Shown: positions 21,455 through 31,544 of the stretch, in pieces
How the letters are laid out: every line of letters begins with the position of its first letter
How positions within the stretch are numbered: the stretch's first letter is position 1
From: an uncultured Gemmatimonadales bacterium
GTDB taxonomy: Bacteria > Gemmatimonadota > Gemmatimonadetes > Gemmatimonadales > Gemmatimonadaceae
Reading direction: 5' to 3'
Assembly (NCBI GenBank): GCA_963851265.1
Contig: CAWKNZ010000010.1
Location: forward strand, 96,001 to 160,000
DNA: 64,000 nt
Made by a program: the position numbers and the translations under genes
Notes under the pieces: model-generated
Told to the model about the DNA's origin: nothing
Database searches by the model: none
Seen by the model: only the letters and a program-made list of their open reading frames with translations

Positions 21455-21545
21455 CACCCGCGCGGCGCACCCGCGCGGCGCAACCGGGCGGCGCACCCGG
21501 GCGGCGTACCCGGGCGGCGTACCCGGGCGGCGTACCCGGGCGGCG
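21455..21545. repeat. Intergenic 13-bp tandem repeat, 7 copies
   Basis: CACCCGCGCGGCG x2, CAACCGGGCGGCG, CACCCGGGCGGCG, TACCCGGGCGGCG x3. Confidence 0.9.
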
Positions 21546-21561
21546 TGCCGCCCGCGCCGAC

Positions 21562-21876
21562 TCAGCTGCGCGTGCTGGGCTTGTCGCGCGGCGTGTGGTC
21601 GCCGCGGCTCGCCTGGAACGCGCGGTCGGCGTCGTCGCGCGCGTTCGCATCGGGCGCGCCGCTCGCGCCGCCGCCGGCCGCGGCCTCGGCGCGCATCGCG
21701 GTCCCCGTCCGATCAGACACGGCGCGGTGCGGGTCCTCGGTCTCGGCGGTCGCCTGGTTGTCGCCCTGGGCGTGTACGGCGCGGCGCTGTGACTCGAGTT
21801 GCTTGTAGGCGGGGTCGGCGGCGTCAGGGCCGCCGGCGGGGCGAGCGCCGCTCACGGGCTGGTCGTTGTTGGCCAT
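21562..21876 (-). CDS. Small hydrophilic hypothetical protein (104 aa)
   Basis: GGGAG RBS before ATG; MANNDQPVSG...DKPSTRS; strong GC3 bias. Confidence 0.6.
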   Translation of the reverse strand: MANNDQPVSGARPAGGPDAADPAYKQLESQRRAVHAQGDNQATAETEDPHRAVSDRTGTAMRAEAAAGGGASGAPDANARDDADRAFQASRGDHTPRDKPSTRS

Positions 21877-22050
21877 CGGGTAGCTCCCGGCGAAGTGTGG
21901 AATCGGGGCGGGCGGCAGGGTGCGTGCCAGGAGGTGTCGTTCGGCGCGCCGGACCGTCGCGGCGGGCCGCGGCACCGATTCTGCGCCCCGGTTCGCCATG
22001 CCCCCGCCCCGGACCCACCGCCCGGGCGCGCCCACACGCACGCCTAACTG

Positions 22051-23277
22051 ATGCCGCCGAGCGCCCCGCTCTTTCGCAGCTTCTTTCAGGCCGGATTCGA
22101 GTGCTCCACGCACCGGCTGCGCACGTCGCGCCGTCTCGACCTGGTCGCGTCCACGCAGCACGACGTGTTCGCCGGCTCCGACTACGCGCTCTGCGCGGCC
22201 GCGGGGCTGCGCACCGTGCGGGACGGGGTCCGCTGGCATCTCGCCGACCGCGGCGGCGCGCTCGACCTCTCGGCCGAGGTGCCGCGGGTCCGGGCCGCGC
22301 GCGACGCGGGGGTCGAGGTGATCTGGGACCTGTGCCATTACGGATGGCCCGACGACGTCGACGTGTTCGCGCCGGCGTTCGTGAACCGGTTCGCGCGGTT
22401 CGCGCGCGCGTTCGCCGCGATGGTCGCGAACGAGACCGACGAGGTCCCGTGGTACGCGCCCGTCAACGAGATCTCGTTTTTCGCGTGGGCCGGGGGCGAC
22501 GCGACGTACCTCAACCCGTTCCGCGGCGACGCCGGGCACGCGCTCAAGCGGCAGCTGGTGCGCGCGGCGGTGGCCGCGGTGCACGCCGTGCGCGACGTCG
22601 ACCGGCGCGCGCGTATCGTGCACACGGACCCCGTGTTCTGGGTCGTGCCGCACGCCGGACGGCCGGGCGACGCCGCGGACGCGGACGGGCACAACGTCGC
22701 CCAGTTCGAGGCGTGGGACATGCTCGCCGGGCGGCGCGAGCCGGAGTTAGGCGGCACCCCGGACGTGCTCGACGTCGTCGGCGTCAACTATTACGCCAAC
22801 AACCAGTGGGTGTGGGCAGGCCCGCTCGCCTTCCGCAACGAGGTGCTCGACGCGTCCGACGCGCGGTACCGGCCGTTCCGTGAGCTGGTCGCCGCGGTGT
22901 ACGGCCGATACGGGCGCCCGCTGTTCGTCGCCGAAACGGGGATCGAAGGCGAGGCGCGGCCGGCGTGGCTGCGCTACATGGCCGACGAGGTGCGCGCGGC
23001 CCAGCACGCGGGTGTACCGGTCGAGGGGCTGTGCGTGTACCCCGTGGTCGACCACCCGGGGTGGGACGACGACCGCCACTGCCCGAACGGGCTGTGGGGC
23101 TACCCCGACGCGGTTGGCGCACGCGAGGCGTACGCGCCGCTCCTCGAGGAGCTCGGACGGCAGCAGGACGCGCAGCGCGCGCTCCACGCGGATCCGGCGG
23201 CGCACCTGCAGCATGACGCACGCCGGACGGAGTCGCAGAGGGAGGCGCGGTCGCAGCTCGACGCGGCCCCGCGGTAG
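22051..23277 (+). CDS. GH1-like beta-glucosidase
   Basis: FFQAGFECSTH, RDGVRWH, WDLCHYGWP, APVNE, GVNYY, FVAETG. Confidence 0.8.
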   Translation: MPPSAPLFRSFFQAGFECSTHRLRTSRRLDLVASTQHDVFAGSDYALCAAAGLRTVRDGVRWHLADRGGALDLSAEVPRVRAARDAGVEVIWDLCHYGWPDDVDVFAPAFVNRFARFARAFAAMVANETDEVPWYAPVNEISFFAWAGGDATYLNPFRGDAGHALKRQLVRAAVAAVHAVRDVDRRARIVHTDPVFWVVPHAGRPGDAADADGHNVAQFEAWDMLAGRREPELGGTPDVLDVVGVNYYANNQWVWAGPLAFRNEVLDASDARYRPFRELVAAVYGRYGRPLFVAETGIEGEARPAWLRYMADEVRAAQHAGVPVEGLCVYPVVDHPGWDDDRHCPNGLWGYPDAVGAREAYAPLLEELGRQQDAQRALHADPAAHLQHDARRTESQREARSQLDAAPR

Positions 23278-23459
23278 CGAGCCGCCCGCGGCCGATGCGG
23301 TCGCGCCGCGCCCGTCGCGCCGGCGCGCGCGCGGGGCGACATTGCACCCGACCGCGGCGGCGGTGGTTCAGCCCGCCGAGTACCCCCAAGCCGACCGGCC
23401 GACCCCGATGCGCACCGACCTGCAGCTGACGCGGCACGTGGCCCCGTGATGGGCTTCGC

Positions 23460-24404
23460 GTGACGCGCGTTCCTCACCGCGCGCGCGGCGCCCGCGCCGC
23501 GGCCGTCTGCCTTTCCGCCATCGCCCTAGCGGCGTGCCGCCAGGGGACCGCACCGGCCCCCGCGACCGCGCCGGCGTCCCCGCCCGCTCCGGCCGCCGGG
23601 ACGGTGGTGTTCTTCGACGATTTCACGGGGCCCGCGCTCGACCGCACGCACTGGACGGTGCGCGTGACCGGGCCGGACAACGGCACCGTCAACGACGAGC
23701 AGCAGGCGTACGTCGACGACGAGGGCACGGCCGGCGGGACGCTCCACATCGTCCACGGCGCGGCGGCCGCGGGCGCCGCGGGCGACGGCGCGCTGGAGAT
23801 CCGCCCGCGATCCCGGCCGGGCTTCACCACCGCCGACGGGCACCGCTTCGATTTCGTGTCAGGACGACTCGATACCCGCGGGCTGGTCGAGTTCACCTAC
23901 GGCACGGCGGCCGCGCGCATGCGGTTGCCCGCCGGCGCCGGGCTCTGGCCGGCGTTCTGGGCGCTCGGCACGGGCCCGTGGCCCGCCACGGGCGAGATCG
24001 ACGTGATGGAGAACGTGGGGGATTCCTCCTGGACGAGCGCGGCGCTGCACGGCCCCGGCTACTCGGGCAACACGCCTCTGGTCCAACGCGCGCCCTTGCC
24101 GGCCGGGCAGGACGTCACGGGCTGGCACGTCTACTCGGTGGACTGGGCGCCCGACACGCTCACGTTCCGCGTAGACGACCGGATCATCTACACCGTGCCC
24201 CGCCCCGCCGTCGAACGCTACGGCCGGTGGGCGTTCGACAACCCGAAGTACCTGATCCTCAACCTCGCCCTCGGCGGCGCCTACCCCCGCGCCGTCAACA
24301 GCGTGGGCGCACCGTACCCCGGGCTCCCGGACGCGACGGTCCGCCGTATCCAGGGCGACAGCGCCGTCGTGCTCGTCGACTGGGTGCGGGTCACGCGGCG
24401 GTGA
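23460..24404 (+). CDS. GH16 beta-glucanase (laminarinase-like) lipoprotein
   Basis: LAAC lipobox; GLWPAFW, GEIDVME catalytic motif, WHVYSVDW, YLILNLALGG. Confidence 0.9.
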   Translation: MTRVPHRARGARAAAVCLSAIALAACRQGTAPAPATAPASPPAPAAGTVVFFDDFTGPALDRTHWTVRVTGPDNGTVNDEQQAYVDDEGTAGGTLHIVHGAAAAGAAGDGALEIRPRSRPGFTTADGHRFDFVSGRLDTRGLVEFTYGTAAARMRLPAGAGLWPAFWALGTGPWPATGEIDVMENVGDSSWTSAALHGPGYSGNTPLVQRAPLPAGQDVTGWHVYSVDWAPDTLTFRVDDRIIYTVPRPAVERYGRWAFDNPKYLILNLALGGAYPRAVNSVGAPYPGLPDATVRRIQGDSAVVLVDWVRVTRR

Positions 24405-24432
24405 AACGCGCGGACGCGTCACGGGCCGCGGC

Positions 24433-26859
24433 ATGCTGCTCGCCGCCCCACCATCCCTGATGCGCGCGCTGGCGCGCGGAGACTTCCGATTGACGTTTGA
24501 CCACGTTCGGACGCGGCTGGGCGGCCTCGTCGCGACACTCGCGTCGGCGGCGGCGCTCTCGGCGGCCCCGAGCGGCGCGCAGGCGCCCGCGGCGGTGCCG
24601 GCTGCCCAACGGCTCGACCCGCGCGTCGAGGCGCGCGTCGACTCGCTGCTGCGCGTGATGACGCTCGAGGAGAAGGTGGGCGAGATGACGCAGCTGACCG
24701 TGCAGGCGGTGTCGCGCGTGCACGGAACCGCCACCGTCTCCCAGCAGCTCGATTCGGCCAAACTGGAGGAGGCGATCGTGCGGCGGCACGTGGGGTCGCT
24801 GCTCAACGTGTGGGACGTCGCGCTCACGCCCGAGCAGTGGCGGCAGCTGACGACGACCGTACAGCGCGCCGCGGCGCGCTCGCGGCTCAAGATCCCGGTG
24901 ATCTACGGCATCGACGCGGTGCACGGCGAGCACTACATGCGCGGCGCCACGCTCTTTCCGCAGAACGTGGCGATGGCGGCGACGTTCAACCCCGACCTCG
25001 TGCGGCGCGAGCACGAGATCACGGCGTACGAGACGCGGGCGAGCGGGATCCCGTGGAACTTCGCCCCCGTGCTCGACGTCGGCCGCCAGCCGCTCTGGCC
25101 GCGCTTCTACGAAACGTTCGGCGAGGACCCGTACCTCGGCAGCGTGCTCGGCGCGGTCGCCGTGGAGGCCGAGCAGCGGGACCCGCGGCCGGCGCTCGCG
25201 CCGCTGTTAGGCGGTGCCGCGCGCACGGGCGCCCGGGGCGTGGGCGGGCGCGTGTTCGTGACCGCGTCGGCGAAGCACTTCCTCGGCTACAGCATGCCGC
25301 TCAGCGGCAAGGATCGCACGACGGCGTGGATCCCCGAGCGCGAGCTGCGCGAGATCTTCCTGCCGCCGTTCCGGAGCGCGATCAACGCCGGCATCCGCAC
25401 GGTGATGGTCAACTCGGGCGACATCAACGGCGTGCCGGTGCACGCGAGCCACGAGATCCTCACCGACCTGCTGCGCAACGAGCTCGGCTTCACCGGGGTC
25501 GCGGTGAGCGACTGGGAGGACGTCCGGAAGCTCGTCACGTTCCACCGCACGGCGGCCAACGACAAGGAGGCCGTGCGCCAGGCGATCATGGCCGGGATCG
25601 ACATGAGCATGGTCCCGTACGACTACTCGTTCACCGACGACCTGCTCGCGCTCGTGCGCGAGGGGGCGGTGCCGCAGGCGCGGATCGACGAGAGCGTGCG
25701 GCGCATCCTGCGGCTCAAGTTCGAACTCGGACTGTTCGAGAACCCGAACCCCGACCCGGCGATGCTCGCCAACGTCGGCACGACCGCGTTCCAGCCGGCG
25801 AGCCGCGAGGCGGCGAACCAGGCGGTGACGCTGCTGAAGAACGCGGGCGGCTCCGGGGGCGCGCCGATGCTGCCGCTGCCGAAGACCGCGCGCGTGCTCG
25901 TGACGGGCCCCGCGGCCACGTCGCTCCCCGCGCAATACGGCGGGTGGTCGTACACCTGGCAGGGGCGCGACACGGCGCTCTACCCGAAGGACGTGAAGAC
26001 GCTGCTCGACGCCGTGCGCGACCGGGTGGGCGCGGGACGCGTGACGTACGTGCCGGGCGCGACGTTCGATGCCCCCGGCGACGTGGCCGCGGCGGTGGCC
26101 GCCGCGCGCGACGTGGACGTGGTCGTCGTCGCGTTGGGCGAGAACTCCTCGGCCGAACAGCCAGGCAACATCGACGACCTCATGATGCCCGAAGGGCAGC
26201 TGCAGCTGGCGCGCGCGCTCGAGGCGACGGGCAAGCCGGTGGTCGTGGCGCTGTTCGAGGGGCGGCCGCGCGTGATCCGGCCGCTCGTCGACTCCGCGCG
26301 CGCGATCGTGACGGGCTACGAGACGGGCCCGTACGGCGGCGAGGCGGTCGCGGGCGTGCTGTTCGGCGACGTGAACCCGAGCGGGCGCCTGCCGTTCACG
26401 TACCCGCGGTACACGGGCGCGATCGAGCACTACGACCGCGCGGAGCCCGCGAACTCGACGGCGGGCGACTCGACCACGGGCTACCACCCCGAGTTCGAGT
26501 TCGGGTACGGCCTCTCGTACACGACGTACGCGTACAGCGACCTGCACGTGGACCGGGCGCGCGCGGGGGCGCGCGACACCGTGACGGTCACGGTGACCGT
26601 CGCCAACACCGGCGCGCGCGCCGGGATGGAGGCCGTGCCGCTCTACTCGCGGCAGCTCTACGCGAGCGTGAACCCGCCGGTCAAACGCCTGCGTGACTTC
26701 ACGAAGATCACCCTCGCGCCGGGCGAACGCCGGACGGTGACGTTCCGCCTTCCCGTCCAGCGCCTCGCGTTCGTCGGTCGCGACAACCATCCGGTGGTCG
26801 AGCCGGGCGACTTCGACCTCATGGTCGGCGGGCTCACCACGCGACTCACGGTGCAATGA
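24433..26859 (+). CDS. GH3 beta-glucosidase with C-terminal Fn3-like domain
   Basis: MTLEEKVGEM, GIDAVHG, FAPVLDV, ETFGEDP, KHF, VSDW nucleophile, PSGRLPFTYP, FGYGLSYT. Confidence 0.93.
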   Translation: MLLAAPPSLMRALARGDFRLTFDHVRTRLGGLVATLASAAALSAAPSGAQAPAAVPAAQRLDPRVEARVDSLLRVMTLEEKVGEMTQLTVQAVSRVHGTATVSQQLDSAKLEEAIVRRHVGSLLNVWDVALTPEQWRQLTTTVQRAAARSRLKIPVIYGIDAVHGEHYMRGATLFPQNVAMAATFNPDLVRREHEITAYETRASGIPWNFAPVLDVGRQPLWPRFYETFGEDPYLGSVLGAVAVEAEQRDPRPALAPLLGGAARTGARGVGGRVFVTASAKHFLGYSMPLSGKDRTTAWIPERELREIFLPPFRSAINAGIRTVMVNSGDINGVPVHASHEILTDLLRNELGFTGVAVSDWEDVRKLVTFHRTAANDKEAVRQAIMAGIDMSMVPYDYSFTDDLLALVREGAVPQARIDESVRRILRLKFELGLFENPNPDPAMLANVGTTAFQPASREAANQAVTLLKNAGGSGGAPMLPLPKTARVLVTGPAATSLPAQYGGWSYTWQGRDTALYPKDVKTLLDAVRDRVGAGRVTYVPGATFDAPGDVAAAVAAARDVDVVVVALGENSSAEQPGNIDDLMMPEGQLQLARALEATGKPVVVALFEGRPRVIRPLVDSARAIVTGYETGPYGGEAVAGVLFGDVNPSGRLPFTYPRYTGAIEHYDRAEPANSTAGDSTTGYHPEFEFGYGLSYTTYAYSDLHVDRARAGARDTVTVTVTVANTGARAGMEAVPLYSRQLYASVNPPVKRLRDFTKITLAPGERRTVTFRLPVQRLAFVGRDNHPVVEPGDFDLMVGGLTTRLTVQ

Positions 26860-28414
26860 CCAACACGAACGGGCTGGACGCGGGCCGCCGCGCGTTCCTC
26901 ACGACTGGCGCGGCGGCTGCGGCGCGGGGCTACCGATCCTCGCGCTGCCGGGTCTCGCGCGCGCGGCGACGTGGGCCGGCGCGCGCGACCTCGCGCGCGA
27001 GGTCGCGCGTGCGCCGGTGCCCTCTCCGGCCGGCGCGATCCGGGTGCACCAGACGGCGGGATCGCGACGCCACGCGACGCTGCCCGACATCGCGTGGCGT
27101 GCGGCGGCCGAGAGCCCTGGGCCGGGTGATGTGGTCGTCGCCGCGGAACGCCGGCGCCAGGAGGTGCTGGGCTTCGGCGCGGCCTTCACCGACGCGGCGT
27201 GCTACTTGTTCAGCCGCCTCACGCCGAGCGCCCGCGCCGCCCTGTTTCACGAGCTGTATCACCCGTCGGAGATGGCGCTCGGCGTCGGGCGAACGTGCGT
27301 CGGGTCGAGCGACTACTCGACGGTCGCGTATAGTTACGACGAGGGCCCAACCCCCGACCCCGGGCTGACGAGGTTCTCCATCGCGCACGACCGCCAGTGG
27401 ATCCTCCCGATGCTGCGCGAGGTGCGGGCCGTGAATCCCGACCTCTTCCTGCTCGCGTCGCCGTGGAGTCCGCCGGCGTGGATGAAGGACAACGGCTCGC
27501 TGTTAGGCGGTACGATCCGCCGCCGGTACCTCGGCGCGTACGCCGACTATTTCACGAGGTACCTGCAGGCGTACGCGGCGGAGGGCGTGCCCGTCGGCGC
27601 GGTGACGACGCAGAACGAGCTCGACACCGACCAGGACGGCGGCATGCCGGCGTGCACGTGGCCGCAGGAGGCAGAGATCCAGTTCGTCGGGCAGAACCTG
27701 GGCCCGGCGCTGGCGCGGGCGGGGCTCACGACGAAGATCTGGCTCATCGACCACAACTACACGCTGTGGGGGCGCGCGCTCTCGGAGTTCGACGACGAGG
27801 CGGTGCGCCGCTACGCCGACGGCGTCGCGTGGCACGGCTACGTCGGCGACCCGGCGTCGATGTCACGCGTGCACGACGCCTACCCGGACAAACACGCCTA
27901 CTGGACCGAAGGCGGACCCGACGTCACGAGTCCGCGCTACGCGACGGACTGGTCGTCGTGGGCGGCCCAGTTCACCGACATCCTGCGCAACTGGTCGCGC
28001 TGCATCATCGCGTGGAATTACGCGCTGGACGAGAAGGGGAAGCCGAACATCGGGCCCTTCTCGTGCGGCGGGCTGGTGACGATCGACAGTCGCACGCAGG
28101 CGCTCACGCGGAGCGGCATGTACTGGGCGTTCGCGCACTTCTCGCGACACGTGCGGCGCGGCGCGCACGTCATCGAATCGACCGGGGGAACGCCGCCCGG
28201 GGGCGGGACGGCGCCGCCGCCTGCGACGGGCGGCGGCGCGCGGCCCACGGCGGAGTTCGGGCACGTAGCCTTCGAGAATCCCGACGGCAGCCGCGTGGTC
28301 GTGCTCGCGAACGTCGGCGCGCAACCCCGCACGCAGCGCGTCGTGCTCGGCAGCAGCGTGGCCGAAGTCGCGCTGCCGGCCGACTCGGTGACGACGCTCG
28401 AATGGAACGCGTGA
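26856..28414 (+). CDS. GH30 glycoside hydrolase with Tat signal; apparent 1-nt frameshift near 26910-26925
   Basis: Catalytic ORF 27017-28414 (GFGAAFTD, ASPWSPPAWMK, TTQNE, AWHGY, WTEG). The ATG at 26856 gives MTNTNGLDAGRRAFLTTGAAA, which continues as GAGLPILALPGLARA only in the downstream frame. Confidence 0.82.
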
Positions 28415-29145
28415 CGCGGGCCGACATGCGCACGTGGGCACGCGTTCGGCGCGTGGCTCTCCTGATCTCCGCCGGCGCGGCGCTCGGTGCCTGTGCGAGC
28501 GCACCACCGCACGGCTCGTCGGGCGTGCCCTCGCGGGGCGCCGCGGACCGGTGGCGACCGCTGCTCGCCGGACAGTCGTTCGACGCATGGCGCGGATACC
28601 AGGGCGCGCCCGTGCCACCGGGGTGGACGATCGCCGACGGCGTGCTCGCGCGGCGCGTGAGCACCGGCGACCTCGTCACGCGCGACGAGTTCGGCGACTT
28701 CGAACTGGAGTGGGAGTGGAAGCTCGGCGTCGGCGGGGACGCGGGCGTGTTCTACCGCGGAACCGAGGGCGATCCGCGCATCTTCTTCAGCGCGGTCGAA
28801 TATCAGTTGGAGGACGACGCGCACCCGCTCGACGGTCCGAGCCGCCTGGCAGCGGCCGGCGCGGTGTACGGGCTGTACCCGGTGCGCCCCGGGGTGGTGC
28901 GGCCGGCCGGCGAGTGGAACGCGTCGCGCATCGTCGCGCGCGGCGCGCACGTCGAGCACTGGCTGAACGGCGAGAAGGTCGCCGAGTACGAGGCCGGGAG
29001 TGCCGACTGGGACGCGCGGGTGCAAGGGAGCAAGTTCTCGCGCTGGCCCAACTTCGGACGGGCGCGGCGCGGGCACATCGCGATCCAGGGCGACCACGCG
29101 GGCGAGTTCGCGGTCCGCGGGATGCGGATCCGCGAACTCCGTTAG
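28411..29145 (+). CDS. DUF1080 (3-keto-disaccharide hydrolase-like) lipoprotein
   Basis: LGAC lipobox; GDLVT...FGDFELEWEWK, EYQL.DD, GEWN..RI, HWLNG, GHIAIQGDH. Confidence 0.85.
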   Translation: MTRADMRTWARVRRVALLISAGAALGACASAPPHGSSGVPSRGAADRWRPLLAGQSFDAWRGYQGAPVPPGWTIADGVLARRVSTGDLVTRDEFGDFELEWEWKLGVGGDAGVFYRGTEGDPRIFFSAVEYQLEDDAHPLDGPSRLAAAGAVYGLYPVRPGVVRPAGEWNASRIVARGAHVEHWLNGEKVAEYEAGSADWDARVQGSKFSRWPNFGRARRGHIAIQGDHAGEFAVRGMRIRELR

Positions 29146-29163
29146 GCGCGCCTTATCGGGCGT

Positions 29164-29844
29164 TCACCCGGTGAGCCGCCGGGCGTACGCGCCGAGCGCG
29201 TCGAACTGGCGCGCGCGCTCCCGCGCCCACGCGGGAAGGCGTAGCGCGCCGACGGCCAGTAGCAGCACGCCCGTAAGTCCGGCGAAGCGGGCCAGGGCCA
29301 GCCGCGACAGGTCGCCGGGCGACCCCGCCGCCGCCACGCCGACGAGGGCGACGGCGGCGAGCAGGAGTATCGCCCCGAGTTGCAGCACGGCGCGCGCGTT
29401 GCCCTTGCGCGTCCGCAGTTGCAGGAGCGCGCCGCTTCCGGCCGGCTCGTACGTGACGCGGAGGTTCCCCACCCGCCACTCGCGGCTCGCACCGCTCACG
29501 CGCGTGCGTCCCTCGACCGCGAACGTTGCGCGGAGCTCCCCGACGAGTTGCGCCCAATCCTCGTCCGAGAGCGTGCGGCCGAGCGGCACCGCCCGCGTGA
29601 CGGCGACGGGCAGGCCGAAGTATCGCGTGCCGTCCCGCCCGGGCACGGCGTCGGCGGGCTGCCGTTCGAGCGCCACCGCGGCGGCGGCCACGGCCTGCGG
29701 CGCGACGCCGGCCTCCACCCCGATCTGCTCGACGTCGGCGAGGGTCCACCGGCGCTCCGGCTCGGCTGCCGCGGCCGCCTCCGCATCGACGGCGAGCGCG
29801 AGAATGCGGCGAACGTCTTCGTCGGAATAGCGGCGGTCGGCCAT
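29164..29844 (-). CDS. Hypothetical membrane protein
   Basis: MADRRYSDEDVRRILALA..., two C-terminal TM helices. Confidence 0.65.
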   Translation of the reverse strand: MADRRYSDEDVRRILALAVDAEAAAAAEPERRWTLADVEQIGVEAGVAPQAVAAAAVALERQPADAVPGRDGTRYFGLPVAVTRAVPLGRTLSDEDWAQLVGELRATFAVEGRTRVSGASREWRVGNLRVTYEPAGSGALLQLRTRKGNARAVLQLGAILLLAAVALVGVAAAGSPGDLSRLALARFAGLTGVLLLAVGALRLPAWARERARQFDALGAYARRLTG

Positions 29845-29974
29845 AGCGGGCTCTCGGGGGGCGGGCGGCGCGTCCGGACGGGGCGCCGCGGTCGTCGGTC
29901 GCGATACCCACCCCATACGTGCACGGACGGTCGCGGTTTCGGGCGCGCGCACGGGTACACCGCGCGCGGCGTCC

Positions 29975-31519
29975 TCACCGTCGGGCGGGGACCAGCGTGT
30001 AGTCGGGGAAGTTGCCGAACAGGCGCTCGTCCGCGGCTCCGCGGGTCGCGGCCTGCACGAGATACGCGCCCCCGACGAAGCAGCCGTGCCACGACTGCCC
30101 GATCCCGCCGAAGACCTCGTCGCGGTCGCCGCGCGACCGCACCGCATTGATGCCGACCTTGAAGCCGCGGACCTGGCCCGCGATCTCCGCGGCGGTCGTG
30201 GGGTCGTCGCACGCGATCGACGCGACGAGCGAGCCGTTCGAGACGTTCATCTCGGAGACCAGCTCCTCGACCGAGTCGACGACCACGATCGTGTCCACCG
30301 GGCCGAACGGCTCGCTGTGGTAGAGGGTGCTGCTACGCGGCACGCCGAGGAGCGCGGCGGGTGCGAGATACGCGCCATCGTCCTGACCCGCGACGAACCG
30401 GTCGGGGTCGAGGGCGCCCGCGTAGAGCGGCACGGCCCCGCCGTCGACCGCCGCCGCCGTCGACCTGCGCAGCGCCGCCGCCTGCCCCCGGTTGATGAGC
30501 GGGCCGAAATCGAGCTTCGGGAGCGCGTCGTCGGCGGCGTCCACAGCGACCGGGTTGCCGACGCGCACGGACTTCACCGTTTCGAGGTACGTCTCGAGGA
30601 AGCGCGGGAAGAGCCGCCGCGCGACGACGAATCGCGCGTACGCCGTACACCGCTGCTTACCGTAATCGAACCCCTTGCGCATCTGCTCGGCGAGCCGGGG
30701 CCAGTCGGAGTAGTCCCAGACGCCGTACGCGTTCACGCCTTCCATCTCGAGCATGTGCCGCTTGCGCCCGTCGAGGAGCGACGCGGCGACGGCGCGGCCG
30801 CTCGAGCGCCCGCCGACGAAGGCGAGGCAGTCGACGTCGTCGCCGCGCACGAGGGCGGGGCCCAATTCCGACCCCGACCCGCTCAGCAGGGCGACCGGCA
30901 GCCCCGCGCGGCGCGCGAGCGCGAAGCCCACCGTGAGCGCGAACAGCCCGCCGTCGGTGGGCGTCTTGGCGACGACCGCGTTGCCCGCCAACACCTGGAC
31001 GAGCACGGCGTGCACGAGCACCGAGTAGGGATAGTTCCAGGACGCGATGTTCGACACGACGCCGAGCGGCGCGCGCCCCGCGAGCATCGGCTCGATCTGC
31101 TCCACGTACCACGCCACGCCGTCGACGCAGCGGTCGACGTCGGTCTCCGCCTGCGCGAGCGGCTTGCCGATCTCCCAGATCAGCAGGCGGGCGATGAGGT
31201 CGCGGTGGGCACGGAGGAGGTCGAGGCACGCGCTCACCCGGCTGCGGCGCTCGTCGAGGTCGACGCGCGCCCACTCGGCCGCGTCGGCGGCCGCGCCCGC
31301 GACGGCGGCATGCGCGGCCGCGACGTCGACCGCCGGAAGCGGACCGAGGTCGGAGCCGTCGACCGGCGACGTGTACCGGCGCGGCGTTCCGGGACGCCCC
31401 CACTCACCGGCGATGAGGTTGAGTGCCGCCCCGTCTGCCGCGAACGCCTCGGGCACCGCCGCGCGCGCCGCGGCGGCAAGACTCGGCCACGCGGCCGTTG
31501 CTGCGACCTGTTTCACCAT
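29975..31519 (-). CDS. Aldehyde dehydrogenase family protein
   Basis: EIGK, SWNYP, GNAVVAK, LEMEG, GKQRCTA (catalytic Cys), EPFGP. Confidence 0.88.
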   Translation of the reverse strand: MVKQVAATAAWPSLAAAARAAVPEAFAADGAALNLIAGEWGRPGTPRRYTSPVDGSDLGPLPAVDVAAAHAAVAGAAADAAEWARVDLDERRSRVSACLDLLRAHRDLIARLLIWEIGKPLAQAETDVDRCVDGVAWYVEQIEPMLAGRAPLGVVSNIASWNYPYSVLVHAVLVQVLAGNAVVAKTPTDGGLFALTVGFALARRAGLPVALLSGSGSELGPALVRGDDVDCLAFVGGRSSGRAVAASLLDGRKRHMLEMEGVNAYGVWDYSDWPRLAEQMRKGFDYGKQRCTAYARFVVARRLFPRFLETYLETVKSVRVGNPVAVDAADDALPKLDFGPLINRGQAAALRRSTAAAVDGGAVPLYAGALDPDRFVAGQDDGAYLAPAALLGVPRSSTLYHSEPFGPVDTIVVVDSVEELVSEMNVSNGSLVASIACDDPTTAAEIAGQVRGFKVGINAVRSRGDRDEVFGGIGQSWHGCFVGGAYLVQAATRGAADERLFGNFPDYTLVPARR

Positions 31520-31544
31520 CCCCCTCCGGGACTCCCGCCGTTGA

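Noticed and set aside
21455..21545. Possible CRISPR array
   Set aside because: 13-bp units with no spacers and no cas genes; it is a simple tandem repeat.
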